The notes below the pieces were generated by a model. The model was not told the origin of the DNA. It did not search any database and saw nothing but the letters and a program-made list of their open reading frames with translations. A DNA stretch of 64,000 bases from assembly GCA_030704615.1 (NCBI GenBank), contig CM060731.1:38378001-38442000 (forward strand), given 5' to 3'. A program made the translations under genes and the position numbers. Origin of the DNA: Takakia lepidozioides. Its lineage: Eukaryota; Plantae; Bryophyta. Shown one piece after another: positions 14,434 to 26,358 of this stretch. Each line of letters begins with the position of its first letter. Positions within the stretch are counted from its first letter, which is position 1.

Positions 14434-14509
14434 TGCTAGCGTATTATTTAGCTAGTTTCACACTAATAGTTAATTTAACTTGACAATGCAATGAATCATC
14501 TCCAAACTA

Positions 14510-15060
14510 GTATGTTGGGCTGGTATGTAGGTGAAGCACTGGTATCATTTGGGAGAATACGTGGTCGTATACCAGACCAGGCTGGTATCAGTTCTTTCAG
14601 ACCATCCACAATACCAGTACTCCCCCACCATCTTCCTCATTTACTCTGGTATGTATACTGAGTTAATTTATAGGTACATATACCTATACATTTGTACTTA
14701 AGTATATTTTCTTCTTGATGTAATTTGATAAATTTGTAACTCAAGATGGCTTTGGAAGTTGATATCTCATACCAGCCTGGTATTGTGGTCATAATACTTA
14801 TACTCTAGGAAAAACATACATCCACCATTATCTAGACCAGACCGGTATAAAAGTTTTGTGATACATCTAGTACCCGGACCAGTTTGGTATGTAAAAAACT
14901 TGATACCAATCCAACATTGACTGGTGCGTACAGGGTCCATGGAGAGCCTACAAGTCCCGCTATCGCAATTGGACGAAGGCCTCTATACCACTACCTGTCT
15001 GGTATGTTCATAATACAATACGAGTCCAAAGTCATCTAACCACTGGCACTGACTGGCGAA
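14510..15060. repeat. Decayed hAT-related terminal/subterminal sequence (TGGTAT/ATACCAG-rich); related pieces at about 8490-8600 and 9374-9520
   Basis: TIR-like words at 9374 (CGGTGTTGGACTGGTAT), about 14512 (TGTTGGGCTGGTAT) and 14903-14919 (ATACCAATCCAACATTG) match the TIR of the 10815-11350 element. No TSD pair found. Confidence 0.55.
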
Positions 15061-15798
15061 TTTTTCCGTTTAAATCCCCCATAATTCCTTAGTACAACAA
15101 TTAGCCCACCCATATTCCAGTCCTTTTTCTTGCGAAAAATCGCCAGATTCGACCTCGGACACTGAAGTTTCAACATAGCATATTCCTAGAATATTCTAGG
15201 AATATGTAGAATATGCCTCTGTCCTCCCGGGAGCGTGCTCATGGAAGCGTGAGCCTGTTCTCATTGCTTCCCAAGCTCCTCCTTTGAAGATGTGATGCAT
15301 AGATGCGCTATCAATCATCCCCAAGCATCTTACCCATTGAACCCACAAGATGAAAAAACAAAACAACCCACAACGAAAAGATGAAGAAACAAGGGAAAAA
15401 CAGAAGAAAAGAACAGAGGGTGATGAACTCTGAGGTGAGACTCCCTGAACTCCTCGGTACCCGCTGGTGAGAGAGAGAGAGGACACGATCCGGCAAAAGG
15501 AGGACTGGAGATGGGAGCAAAACCGAGGTGGAGCCTTACTTGAGGCTCAATTGAAAGTGGGATAAGGGAAAGCCGGGCAAAGAAGAGAAAGAGAGCCTGG
15601 GAGGAAGGGTAGGGGCGCTACATCAGCTCGCGGCTCCTCTCTATTCTTCTCGTCAGGCAATCACAAGGAAGAATTTCTTGTGAGAAACTTTTGGGTCGCT
15701 TCATTGGCATTTCTTTCTTCACTCTAGTCCTCTGATTGGCAGATTACTGCTTTTTCTCACCTGTTCCACAAGTGGTGCCGAGGGAGGAGGGATATACG

Positions 15799-15926
15799 AT
15801 GGTGCTCAATCTGGAGGGTCTCAGCATAGAGGGTTTACACAGTGGTGGTGGCGGCGGCCACTGTGGTCAGCCTCCCAGACAATCGCAGCGCAAGAAGATC
15901 ATCATTGACACTGACCCTGGCATTGG

Positions 15927-15968
<42 letters not shown>

Positions 15969-18900
15969 GCACTTCACCACACACATACACTCCCACAACT
16001 GTTGAGTTGAAATTTCTTTGAGTTGGGTGCTTCCCGTGCGCATCTGGTCGAGTTCCCTTAATCGCGGATTGCAGCCGTCTGCTAATACTTATCGGCAGCG
16101 CAATGAAGCTTCTCAAAGCTGGATGGAACTCTGGTGATTTGGTGGTGACGTGCAATTGGCTCAGGTTATAAATCAGAGATCCTACAGACCGGAAACCTGG
16201 GTATCCCGTCGTGGATGTTTTAGTTAGGTGGCCTGTCAGAGATGTCGAGCTCAAATATGGTAGCCTCAGACTCAATTCAAGCCATCGTTTAAGCTAATGC
16301 ATTGTACCTACAGATAGTTGGCCCCTGAAATTTGGACTGTCAGAGACCCACAATGATATAGTGGGTCCACCTCAAGACATGCAGACTCATGTAAGGCCCC
16401 AGTAGATCAGGGAGCTAAAAAAATGTGGAGGAACCATTGTTTTCATGGGGCCAAATGTAGTTCATGAAATCCATGGGGGCCACCAGCATGCTTAATTGAA
16501 GAGGACCTCTGCAGGGGAGGTTAGAATTATTGATTGGGACTGTGTCAGCATCTGCTGCAATGGAATGAGGTGGTTCTAGGCTTGATCTTTCCATCAAATG
16601 TTGGAAGAGATTGGGTCTGTGGAGTACTCACATGAGAGTGCAGATGTAGTTACCTCACCTGGCACCAAGAAATTACCATTCACTCTCTCCCCATAGATCC
16701 AAGGTTGGGATCCAGGCATAGGTCACCAGAGAATATGCCCCTTGGTTGCGACTTGATTTTATGCATAGTATGCCTTTAGATATATCTGACTTTGGGTAAT
16801 GTTAAATTCATCTGACAGGTCTTTGCTTGCCCAACAGATGACATGATGGCAATTTTAATGGCATTCCAATCACCCGAAATTGAAGTGCTAGGGCTCACCA
16901 CCGTCTTTGGGAATGTGGAAACTTCACTTGCAACCACCAATGCACTATACCTGGTTCATCTCTTCTCATTGAGAATTACAAACGTGTCTCCATTATGTAG
17001 CCTGGTTCTAATGGACTGAATTACTTGGATAAAGGAATCAACAGGTTGTACCTGCTGTGCCCATTGATAAAAACCGGCATCAGCAGTGCCTTCTCAACTT
17101 ACACTTGTTTCTCTAGGTGTCACTGCATTTAAGTTGGACTTTGCTGTTGCCTTCTTCATGGTAATAATTAGGCGTTGAGCATAAATCACTCACTGTTTTG
17201 CTTAATGTTGGGTTGAGCAGTGTGAGGTGGCGGGTTTTCCTACCGTCCCAGTTGCTGAAGGCAGCCCATTACCATTGAAGGTACTTTCTTCTCCCCCCAC
17301 CACCATTGTTCCTCTCCCTCTCTAATTCTCAAAATGCCTAGCTCTCATTGATTTCATTGTCAAAAGTAGTCTCTGCATTCACAAATCGGTCTTTTCATAT
17401 CTCTCAGTGGGTTGTCCACAGGGAGTTCAACCGCGAATTGCGGACTTTGTGCATGGAACAGATGGGCTTGGAAACACGCATCAGGCTAAGCCGCATACCT
17501 GTAAAATAAAACAAAGTGCTTGTGATTTTCTGGTAGAGAAGGTGGCAGAGTTTCCAGGCAAAGTCACAGTTGTGGCTCTGGGACCCCTGACCAACATTGC
17601 TAAGGTCAGCGCTTCAGTACCCTCGAGTGCTTTTGAGTGGTGTGTCTATCCGTATACAGGAGGGCTGATGATCTCTCTCATTAATTCACTGTGTGGAAGA
17701 GGCCTATAGAGGCATTCAGCACCATTCTTGCTATTATATTATCAGCCCTGACATAAAATACTAAGCGTGCTGTTGGTATGGATGGCCAGTCTGGTTGATG
17801 CCAGGAAGGGCCATACCCAGCTGGGACATCCGCAAGTCATAGCCAACATGCAGAAGGAACAAAAACAAGTCTCCCAACCGAAAATGCTCTGATTAGTTCC
17901 TTGTTGGTGCTCATTATGCAAAAAGGATTGTGCTGATGCTTGTCATTTTGTTGTAGGCCATTCAAAAAGACCCAAATTTTGCTAAGAATGTGGCTCAATT
18001 GGTGGTGCTTGGGGGCTCATTTTTCGCAAGTGGAAATGTTAATCCTGCTGCTGAAGCCAATGTGAGTTTACAGGGCAGGAACCAAACTTGTGGTCGCTCC
18101 CCTTCCATCCCTTATCTTCCAGATGAACAGAACATACAATTGGAAATACTAGTCACCTCTTTCCTTGCTGTATTTTTACCCTCTTTGAGTTCCTCATGTT
18201 TCATCTCAGGTCCTACTGTTTTGTGCAAGGCATTAACTTGGTCAGCATCAGTAATATTAGGTTATGGATTTAACTTCATAATACCAATATCTGAATGTCA
18301 ATTCTGCAGATTTATGGTGACCCTGAAGCGGCGGACATCACATTCACCAGTGGTGCAGACGCTGTCGTGATTGGCATAAATTTGACCACTCAGGTGACTT
18401 TTACTGGTAAGTTCTTTGAGTTTTTGGGTTTGAAGGACGTTCTTGTGTGTATTTTTGCATACTCCGGCGGAAGAACCTTGAGTGGTTGAAGCAATCTTCC
18501 TCTTTGGTGTGGTTGTTCTCTATCTTCCCTCCACAGCCTCCCCTGGGTCTCTGTGTAATTGCACTTTTTGTGCACCACTGTGGATACGACAGCCGCTTGT
18601 CATATCTGTGCAGCAGAGTTGTGGAATCCACATTGTGCTTTCTGTCACACAATGCTAGCCCTTCAATCAGACCATAATCCCTTACTGTCACAGATGTGTG
18701 AGGGCTATCATTTTCAGACCAAGCTTCCCTCATCTTAGTGGGTTATAACCCCAAAACTGGCTTCGGTAGTGCTACTACTCTGCCAGGAAACACCTGAAGC
18801 ATATTTAAAAGGACAATGTTTGCATGGAAGGGTCAGCAAATATATATCTTAACATGTTGTCTCCCTCTGCTTTTCAGAAGAAGACCTATGCGATATACGG

Positions 18901-19980
18901 GATTCAAAAGGAAGACATGGCTCCTATGTGTATGAGTGCTGTCAATTTTACAAAAAGTGGCACGGGGAGTCGGATCATATGGATGGTACATTGTTCTTAA
19001 TTAAAGGCAAAACAGGAATTGAAATGTGCCTGTGTCCCTTCAACTAAGCTCTCATGCATCGGTTGAGACATGCCAATCCTTACATAATGTGTGTATGTAC
19101 ATTTGTGTTTGGAACAGCAGATGCTAATTAGAATATGAGATGGACGTAGCAGATGTTATGAGCTTAGTGACTTTAAGTAAGTTGAAATGTTTGTTTTCCA
19201 GCACTTGAACCTTTGCAGCTGCTGAGAAGCTCGTTTACCCGCGGTTCAGTTATTACGTCTTTGCCATCAACATAGATATCTGTTTTACTCTGTTCTGACA
19301 TGCACACATGCGGCAGGATTTGGGTCCCCTGTGATACTCAACTTCGTGGCATATTAGATTACTAACAGTTCCATTTAACATTAAAGCATTTCAACACAGG
19401 AAACCTGATAAGTTTTAGGGTGTCTGTTGCCAGGATTATTCCTCCATGATCCCACATGCATGGTGGCGTTGCTTAACCCCTCTCTTTTTACATTCAAAAC
19501 GGGAGCATTGAGGGTGGAGACTGAAGGCATCTGTGTGGGCCTCACTCTTATGGATACAGGTCTTAAGAAGTACGTTTTCACACCCTTGTTGGTTAAGTTT
19601 TCCTGGTATTTCTGCTTCAGTGTGACTGTTTTACCATGGGTCTTGTATCGCTGTGTAGTATTGTCTCCTGACAGGTATGTGGTCAGGGTTTACTTATGAC
19701 AGTGGGGAGGATTGTTGGATTGGTTATCTCTTGGTCTCCCTTTCTCCCGTCCCTCCGTGAATATTATGAAGTCCCTTTTCTTTCTGTCTGGGCTTTTCTT
19801 CTAAGTTGATATTGGTCATGCTAACACAGAAAAAGTCTAACACATGGTATGTGGTCCAACTTTTGAAACAGTTGGGTGGGCAACAATCCATGGATGGGCC
19901 AACCACCGGTGAAAGTGGGATGGACAGTTGATGCTGAAGGGGTCAAAACCCTTGTAAAAGAAGTTCTATGTAGGCCTTAA
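15799..19980 (+). CDS. URH1: Nucleoside hydrolase, NSH1/URH1 (uridine/xanthosine) subclass; 9 exons: 15799-15925, 16838-16953, 17221-17280, 17422-17604, 17957-18061, 18310-18406, 18878-18985, 19434-19569, 19872-19980
   Basis: Spliced ORF: KKIIIDTDPGI/DDMMAILMAFQSPEIEVLGLTTVFGNV/CEVAGFPTVPVAEG/ADFVHGTDGLGN/GGSFFASGNVNPAAEAN/IYGDPEAAD/FYKKWHGESDHMD/GLFLHDP...DTGLK/NWVGNNPWMGQPPVKVGWTVD. Asp at the specificity position and the W-x-G-x-NPW...WTVD tail match URH1-type enzymes. Confidence 0.93.
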
Positions 19981-20439
19981 CATGTTCTAATGCAATCACT
20001 CTTCGTCACCTTCACCAATTAATTCTGAAGCTGCAAATCTTCTTTTGATTGTGAAGGGTGCCTGAAATTCTAATTAGTATTGTCAGATGTATATGCCAGC
20101 AACAAATTAGCTGGCATTTAATTTTCCCTCTGAATGTTGAAGGCACAACATTATCTCATGTTGGGAAGACTCCCTGCGGCATTCATTTGTTTGGAAGGAA
20201 TTTGCCTGCGCAAGCTTACAGGCTGCATCTCCTAATTTTTTTTTCTACCCCTCCCTTCCTCTTCCACCCAGTTTTTTCTGTCTCCGTCTTTGGTTGAACT
20301 TAATCTCCAGTAGTTCTTTGGTTTGGTCTACTAGTGTCATTGAGCCCTTTGGGGTTCTCTCTTTCTCAGTCTCTCTACTTGTGTCCATGGGTTCTCTCGG
20401 CCTTCTGCCGAAGTAACGAGCTTTTTTCTTTCTTTCTTT

Positions 20440-21186
20440 ACGGATCTACGGATAGAGACTGGCAGATGGGAAAGCCTGCAATGGGAGGACCGCCTACAAC
20501 CAGGAAACTGAAACTGAAGAACATTTCTTCTCTTATTGCCCTCTGTATTATGAGATCCGTGGGAGATTCCACTGTCTATCCCGTGGAACTCAATCTCTCA
20601 CTGAAGTCTTCCACTATAAGGTTCAGAAATGCTTGGCAGCTCACCTGCACGAGGCCTTGACCCTTAGACAATCCCTTGAGCAGTAGTTGCTTTTGGGCTG
20701 TTTCTTTGGCTCTGGTTTTGTTTCCTCTGTCTTGTTTTTTTCCATTTTGTCCCATAAGCTCTTTGAGGTTTCCGCAGATGTCATAACGTACCATTTCATT
20801 TCATTTCATTGTTGTACAAACTTATCTTTATCTTTATCTTTCACACACACAGCTCCACCAGTTGGAGAGGGCCACCCTGGTGATGCTGGGTTCGGTGTTC
20901 TTTCTCTTCTTCTACACTTCTTCTACTGCCCTCTATACTACGAGATCCGTGGGAGAATCCACTGTTTATTCAGTGGAACCCAAACTCTCACCGATGTCTT
21001 TCACTATAAGGATAAAAAATGCTTGGCAGCCTACCTACACGAGGCCTTCACCCTTAGACAATCGCTAGAACATTAATTGCGGTTTCTGGATTTGTTCCTC
21101 TCTCATGTGTTCTTCCATTTTGTCCCATAAGCTCTATGAGCTTTCCGCGGACCTTATAAGGGACCATTTCATTTCATTTCATTTCT
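20440..21186 (+). mobile_element. Two tandem 5'-truncated 3' ends of RTE/RTEX-like LINE family A (about 20440-20810 and 20915-21186)
   Basis: Both match the 3' end of the long copy at 59560-61410. The second is near-identical to 61140-61410. Both end in (CATTT)n tails. Confidence 0.85.
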
Positions 21187-22404
21187 TCAAACAAGGTAAA
21201 CTGAAACTGATAGAAACCGGTAAGACATTATCCTGCAGAATACCAGAGCTTGGTTTGGAGAAAAAGCTGCAGCCTGTGCCTGCAAGGCTGCATGAAAGTA
21301 AACCTGCAGTTTTTGACCAGCACCTAGTGGCAGGCAAGGCCCCTTGCTCATGTGAGCACAGATCTGCATGTCACTTTTGCCTACACCACATCATGGGCAC
21401 CTTCTGCACATCCCCAGAGTGTCCCAGGATTGTCTGAATTCCCCCCTAACGTTTACTATAATATAGTCAACCGTTGCTTCTTAGAAGCAAACTTCCTAAA
21501 CCTTCCGCAACCACAACATCTATGCCATTGGCGTTCATGTTTTCTTCTCCCTCGAGTAAAATTATGGTTCTTTGCTCTCAACCGTCTCACAAAACAAATC
21601 TAGACATATCGACAGATCTGATTTGCTTACAGTTGTCTGTTTTGTAGTCATTTGGGTGGCCATGCAAACTGGGCACAAGCAAAGTAATCAGCTCCTGTCC
21701 TGTTGGGGATCAGTATCTGCAACTTACAAGCAACCCCACCTCTGAGAAATGAGATGGAACACATGACACGGTACCAGAGATCACATGACCATGCACACCT
21801 CAAACACAGGCTGCCACTAGATTTTGAGATCTCAGGAATTGCAGTCAACAGAACTCCAAGGTATGCAGTGGCACAGTGCTGTCACAATCCCAAGAGAACC
21901 TCAGCAAGCATGAACACGTCAAATGAAAGAACCAAATCTGGACCAGCAGATTCCCCGCACGATAAGAAATCAGGTGAAGGCAAAAGCATTCCTAGTCACG
22001 TTGTGGGTCACGAGTCACGACAAAAGTCGTTGATTCCCACTTCCTGGATGCAACCACGGAGCAAGAAGTCATTCCTCAACAACTTGCTTTCATCATGAAC
22101 TGGTCCCTGCCTTGTACTACAAACAGACCGGTTGATCTTTGATGGATTCATTGATTGAATCACGATTATAGGAAGAAGATGATGAACTACCGTCCACGCT
22201 GACAAGAATGAGCTCCTGGCTTTCCCAAATGTAGTATGATTCGTTGTGCTTGCTCTTTTTTTGGATGGCGGCGTGTTGGTGTACAAATGCCGTCTCTCTG
22301 TCTCCTCTGTCTCTATCATGTTATTGAGTTTTTCTCCTTCTGGGTTTGTGGAGGTTGTTACGCTCCTTTTCTTGAATCTTTCTTCCGCTGAGTGACTTTC
22401 CAAG

Positions 22405-25283
22405 ATGGGTGGAAACTTGGAGGATTGTGCGAGCAGAATGGAAAGGAATGGTCATGGCGTGAGCGCAAGTGTCCCAAGCGCACCGCGATGGAAAGCGGCA
22501 GTAGATCGTGCCCTGGGTTGCTCCACGGACAGTGTGGGAGGCTCCATCCAGTTTAAGATGGAGGGTTCTGTTGAGCCGATTCGATGTCTCGTGCAGGGGA
22601 ATGCGCAATTTATCATGCACGACGCATTGGGTATGGATGGGCAGCTATGGAGCCGCCTTCCAGAGCACATGATGGAGACGATTATTGCCAGGCTCCCGCT
22701 AGAAAGTCTTTTGAAATATCGTTCTGTCTGCAAGCAATGGAATGAAATCCTTCACTCTCCCAGTTTCCGCAGTATCTGTGCTCGGATTCCGTCAGAAAAA
22801 CAGTCATGGTTTCTGTTCAGAGGCGAGGGAAGGAAGTGCGCGGCATTCAACCCTCGCACGGACCAGTGGTACCAAATTCCTCTCTCATTTCTTCCTTCTC
22901 GTGTGCGAGTGGTGGCTGCGGCAGGAGGATTTCTCTGTGTACAGAATCGGGAGGACCACCTCTATGTGTGTAATCCTTTGACCAAATCCTGGGTTAGGCT
23001 ACCTCGCAAGCTCAACAATTGGAAACACCCCATTGTAGGTACGCAGATTTCCGGTGTTGATGATCAACTCGGACACCGATCAAACTGAGAGCAGATGTAA
23101 TTCCTGGTCAATTTGGCTTTCTTGATTGGAAGAAGTGCGGTCGTTTTGTTTTGCGACATTCACTGATCATTCATACACACTGTATTTCTGGCAAATTTCG
23201 ATTTGGTTTCAATCACGGAAAGCAGGGGCTTATGTTTGCCTCTCTTTTCTGGCTCCAAAAAAAGATAAAACAAAATCAAGAAGAAGAGTCGTGCACCTTG
23301 CTGGAAAGCAAAACATAGTTCTTACGCCACAGGTTGGGTTGAATTGGGTCCAGGTATGGTGATCGATGAAGAGACAAGGGCTTACAAAGTGGTGGTGGCA
23401 GGAAGCCATAGCGCGAGGGACAAGGATTTGACCACAGAGATCTATGATTCGTCAACAAAGAGTTGGAAGCTGGTAGGTACCAGCCCCCTCAAGCATCAAC
23501 ATGCGACCAACGCTGTTTTCTTCAACGGCTCTCTATACATTGCAGGTGTGATTTGTCTTCCCCTAGTTTGTCTCGGAAACAACAAAAAGTAAAAGGTCTA
23601 AAACTTACTCCCTACTATGGAGTTTAGCCAGGCAGTCCAGATCGCCAAAGCCAGAATCTGGTTGACAAGAGGTAGGATTTACTTGTTTCGCAGCTTGTCA
23701 GGATACATTTGTTTGATGGCTTGGCTAGTTTGCTGCGCCCGTCATCAATGCTATTATATCTTAGATAAATCAGGTTAAATTGCAACCCATTCAAGCCCAC
23801 TGTAGTTTTATTTCCCAGTTTCAATGCAATCTAACTTGGAAGATGGATAAACCAATTCAACCCTGTTATACAAGGGAAGGATGTGGTCCAAGGAAATGTT
23901 CAAATGCTGCAATTCAAACAAATGGTTGCTGCTGACAACACAACCATGAAACCGAGTAGAATGTTGATATTTACCTGGTCCATTTACTCGGTTGTATTTA
24001 GGATCTTCCCCTTCCTGAGCGAGATACTATCAATTCAGTCTTTATTCTTTGATAGCGATTTTACCCTCTCAATTTACGGATAGAGACTGGTAGGCTGGAA
24101 AACCTGCAGCGGGAAGACCGCTGGTGTATCGAGACTGAAGAACACTTCTTCTGTTACTGCCCTCCCTACTATGAGATCCATGGGATATTCAACTGTCTAT
24201 TCCGTGAAACCCAATCTCTCACAGAAGTCTTCCATTATGAGGATCACAAATGCTTGGCAGCTTACCTGCATGAATCTTTGACCCTTAGGCAAACCCTTTG
24301 AGCAGTAGTTGCTTTTGGGCTGCTTCTGGCTCCCTCTTTTTTTTTTGTTTTTCTTTCTCGTTTCTTGTTTTCCTTTTGTCCCATAAACTCTTTGAGCTTT
24401 CTGCGGATATTATAAAGTACCATTTCATTTTCTCATGTGTTGACTGGCATGATAAACACAAAGCTACTTTCCTAAGTGTGGACTTTTATCCTTTAGCCGT
24501 ACGCTTTGCAACTAAGACAATTGAAAACCAGAAAATCTGTCTGTGCTGAAACCCATCTGTGCTGCAGGTTTCAATGCAATTTCAGCTTTCAACCTTGAGC
24601 AAGAACAATGGAGTGAGCTGACTGGGCCCGTGATGGAATACACGCAGCTTATGTTGCCTCAAATCTGTGAGTGCAATGGCTGCCTGCTCATGGTGCAGGT
24701 AGCCAGCGAGCGCTTTTTTATGACACATGTATCCATCTGGGAGTTCCCAAAGTTGGGCGATTCCTGGATTAAAGTTGCATCCATGCCTGAGAACCTACTC
24801 AAAGAGGTCATCAGCATATCAGGTAAATAGGCGGTGTCTTATCTGTGGTTCCCCTCTGTTGTCCTTAAGTTGTGGCATATTTACTGGTGAGGAAAAGAGA
24901 AACACCCCAGAATGGAATTCTCTGCAATCATCGCTCCCACCTTCCTGCATCTATGAACTTCAGACGTAGATCCTCACCTGCCGACCCTGCCTGCCTCATT
25001 TTCAGCTCACCAACCAAGTGTGAATGCCATGGCCAAGCACAGCTGACATCAGGGTACATATATGGTAATGATGACATGGTAGTCCAATACTGCAGGGAGC
25101 AGCTTATTCACATTTTTTGGGCAGGGCGATCTCATCTGTTTTACGATTGCAAGACGGAGAGTGCTAGCATACAGCATCAGTCAAGAATCGTGGAGATGGC
25201 TACCTTGTTGCCCTTTTGTGCGAGGGTTTACCCGTGGGTCTACAATTTTATCATTTGAACCAAGGGTGGATGCTGCAGTCTAA
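22405..25283 (+). CDS. F-box protein with kelch/beta-propeller C-terminus; exons 22405-23038, 23354-23545, 24568-24822, 25096-25283 (start codon uncertain)
   Basis: F-box LWSRLPEHMMETIIARLPLESLLKYRSVCKQWN, then AAAGGFLC...YVCNPLTKSW, YKVVVAG...TEIYDSSTKSW, and C-terminal WRWLPCCPF...FEPRVDA. Phase-1 GT-AG introns are consistent. Confidence 0.88.
24075..24432 (+). mobile_element. 5'-truncated 3' end of LINE family A in the F-box intron
   Basis: GGATAGAGACTGG...CCCATAAACTCTTTGAGCTTT...CATTTCATTT matches 61040-61410. Confidence 0.8.
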
Positions 25284-26358
25284 CATGACAGAACATAATA
25301 TTCAAACCAGAACTGCATTCTAGAATTTCACAAACTTGATACTACTGACCACAAAGGGTGCAGGGTCATGGCAATTTTGTTTTGGGGTGGACTTCTCATC
25401 CATAATTGCTGACAGTCAAAGTGTAGAACACAGCTATGGTCCTAAGGCTCGAGAGTCTCAAATAGTTGTCTGTTGAAACGAAAATTACAGTTGCATATTC
25501 AGAAACGTCTCACAAGTCAAGTGAGAATGTCAACACTGTTCTGTAGTCACCTTACCATGATTCTGTGACTGGAAGGTGATGCAAATAAAACATGAATTTG
25601 TGGGTAGAAACAACTTTCTTACGAGTCTTCCCTCCACAGCAAACCTTGACAAATCTTCTTAAGAGTCTTATGAGCAAGATAATGTACATGGCCATATTGT
25701 GACTGGCAGTTGAGCCTGCATCTCCATTGGAGTAGCACATCTGAGGAGATGCAAGTAACTTTGTTCAATGAGCTTGATGACATGTTCTATCTCTAGCACA
25801 ATGCACTATTTTACAAGTCTCCGCAAGAGAGATTGAGAGTCAAACAATTTGACAACATGATGCCTGTTTCTGTAAAAAAGCGTCTCACCCCATGGACATG
25901 AGATGAAAACTTGTCTGAAGATTTAGATCCTCAATTTGGCTGCAAGACAAGCAAAAGGTTAGTCAGTATGTATGTTCCAAGCCATAGCATTCTGGTTATA
26001 TGGGAATAGATTGTTGGATTATAAGCTGGCTGTCAGATCATACCTATTAGAAAGCCCCTTTGCTAGAGTTCTCTAGCTGGTAACGAAACATGCTGTTTAC
26101 AGTGACACTGCAGAGAGTGATACTGATCTATAGGGATGCTCAAAGAGGTTATGGCAGAGAAGACAGCAGAAAGAAAGTGGGATCGTCTACAAGAAATCCA
26201 AAAGCAACCATTGATCAAGAGAGGCGAAGATGGAAAACCTCATGCAGATATGCGTTAAAGCATTTGTGATCATCGTAGTGGAAGATCTAAGCAAGGGATT
26301 GGCTCTGCCCGAAGGGTAACATGGATCTCATAGTATAGAGGACAGTTGAAATAAATTT

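Noticed and set aside
9374-14919. Single large hAT element bounded by TIR-like words at 9374 and 14919
   Set aside because: The flanking 8-mers do not match, so the pairing is unproven. Reported only as remnants.
25552-25740. 62-aa ORF with splice-like borders between the F-box and DUF688 genes
   Set aside because: No recognisable homology. It could be 3' UTR sequence and cannot be supported without transcripts.
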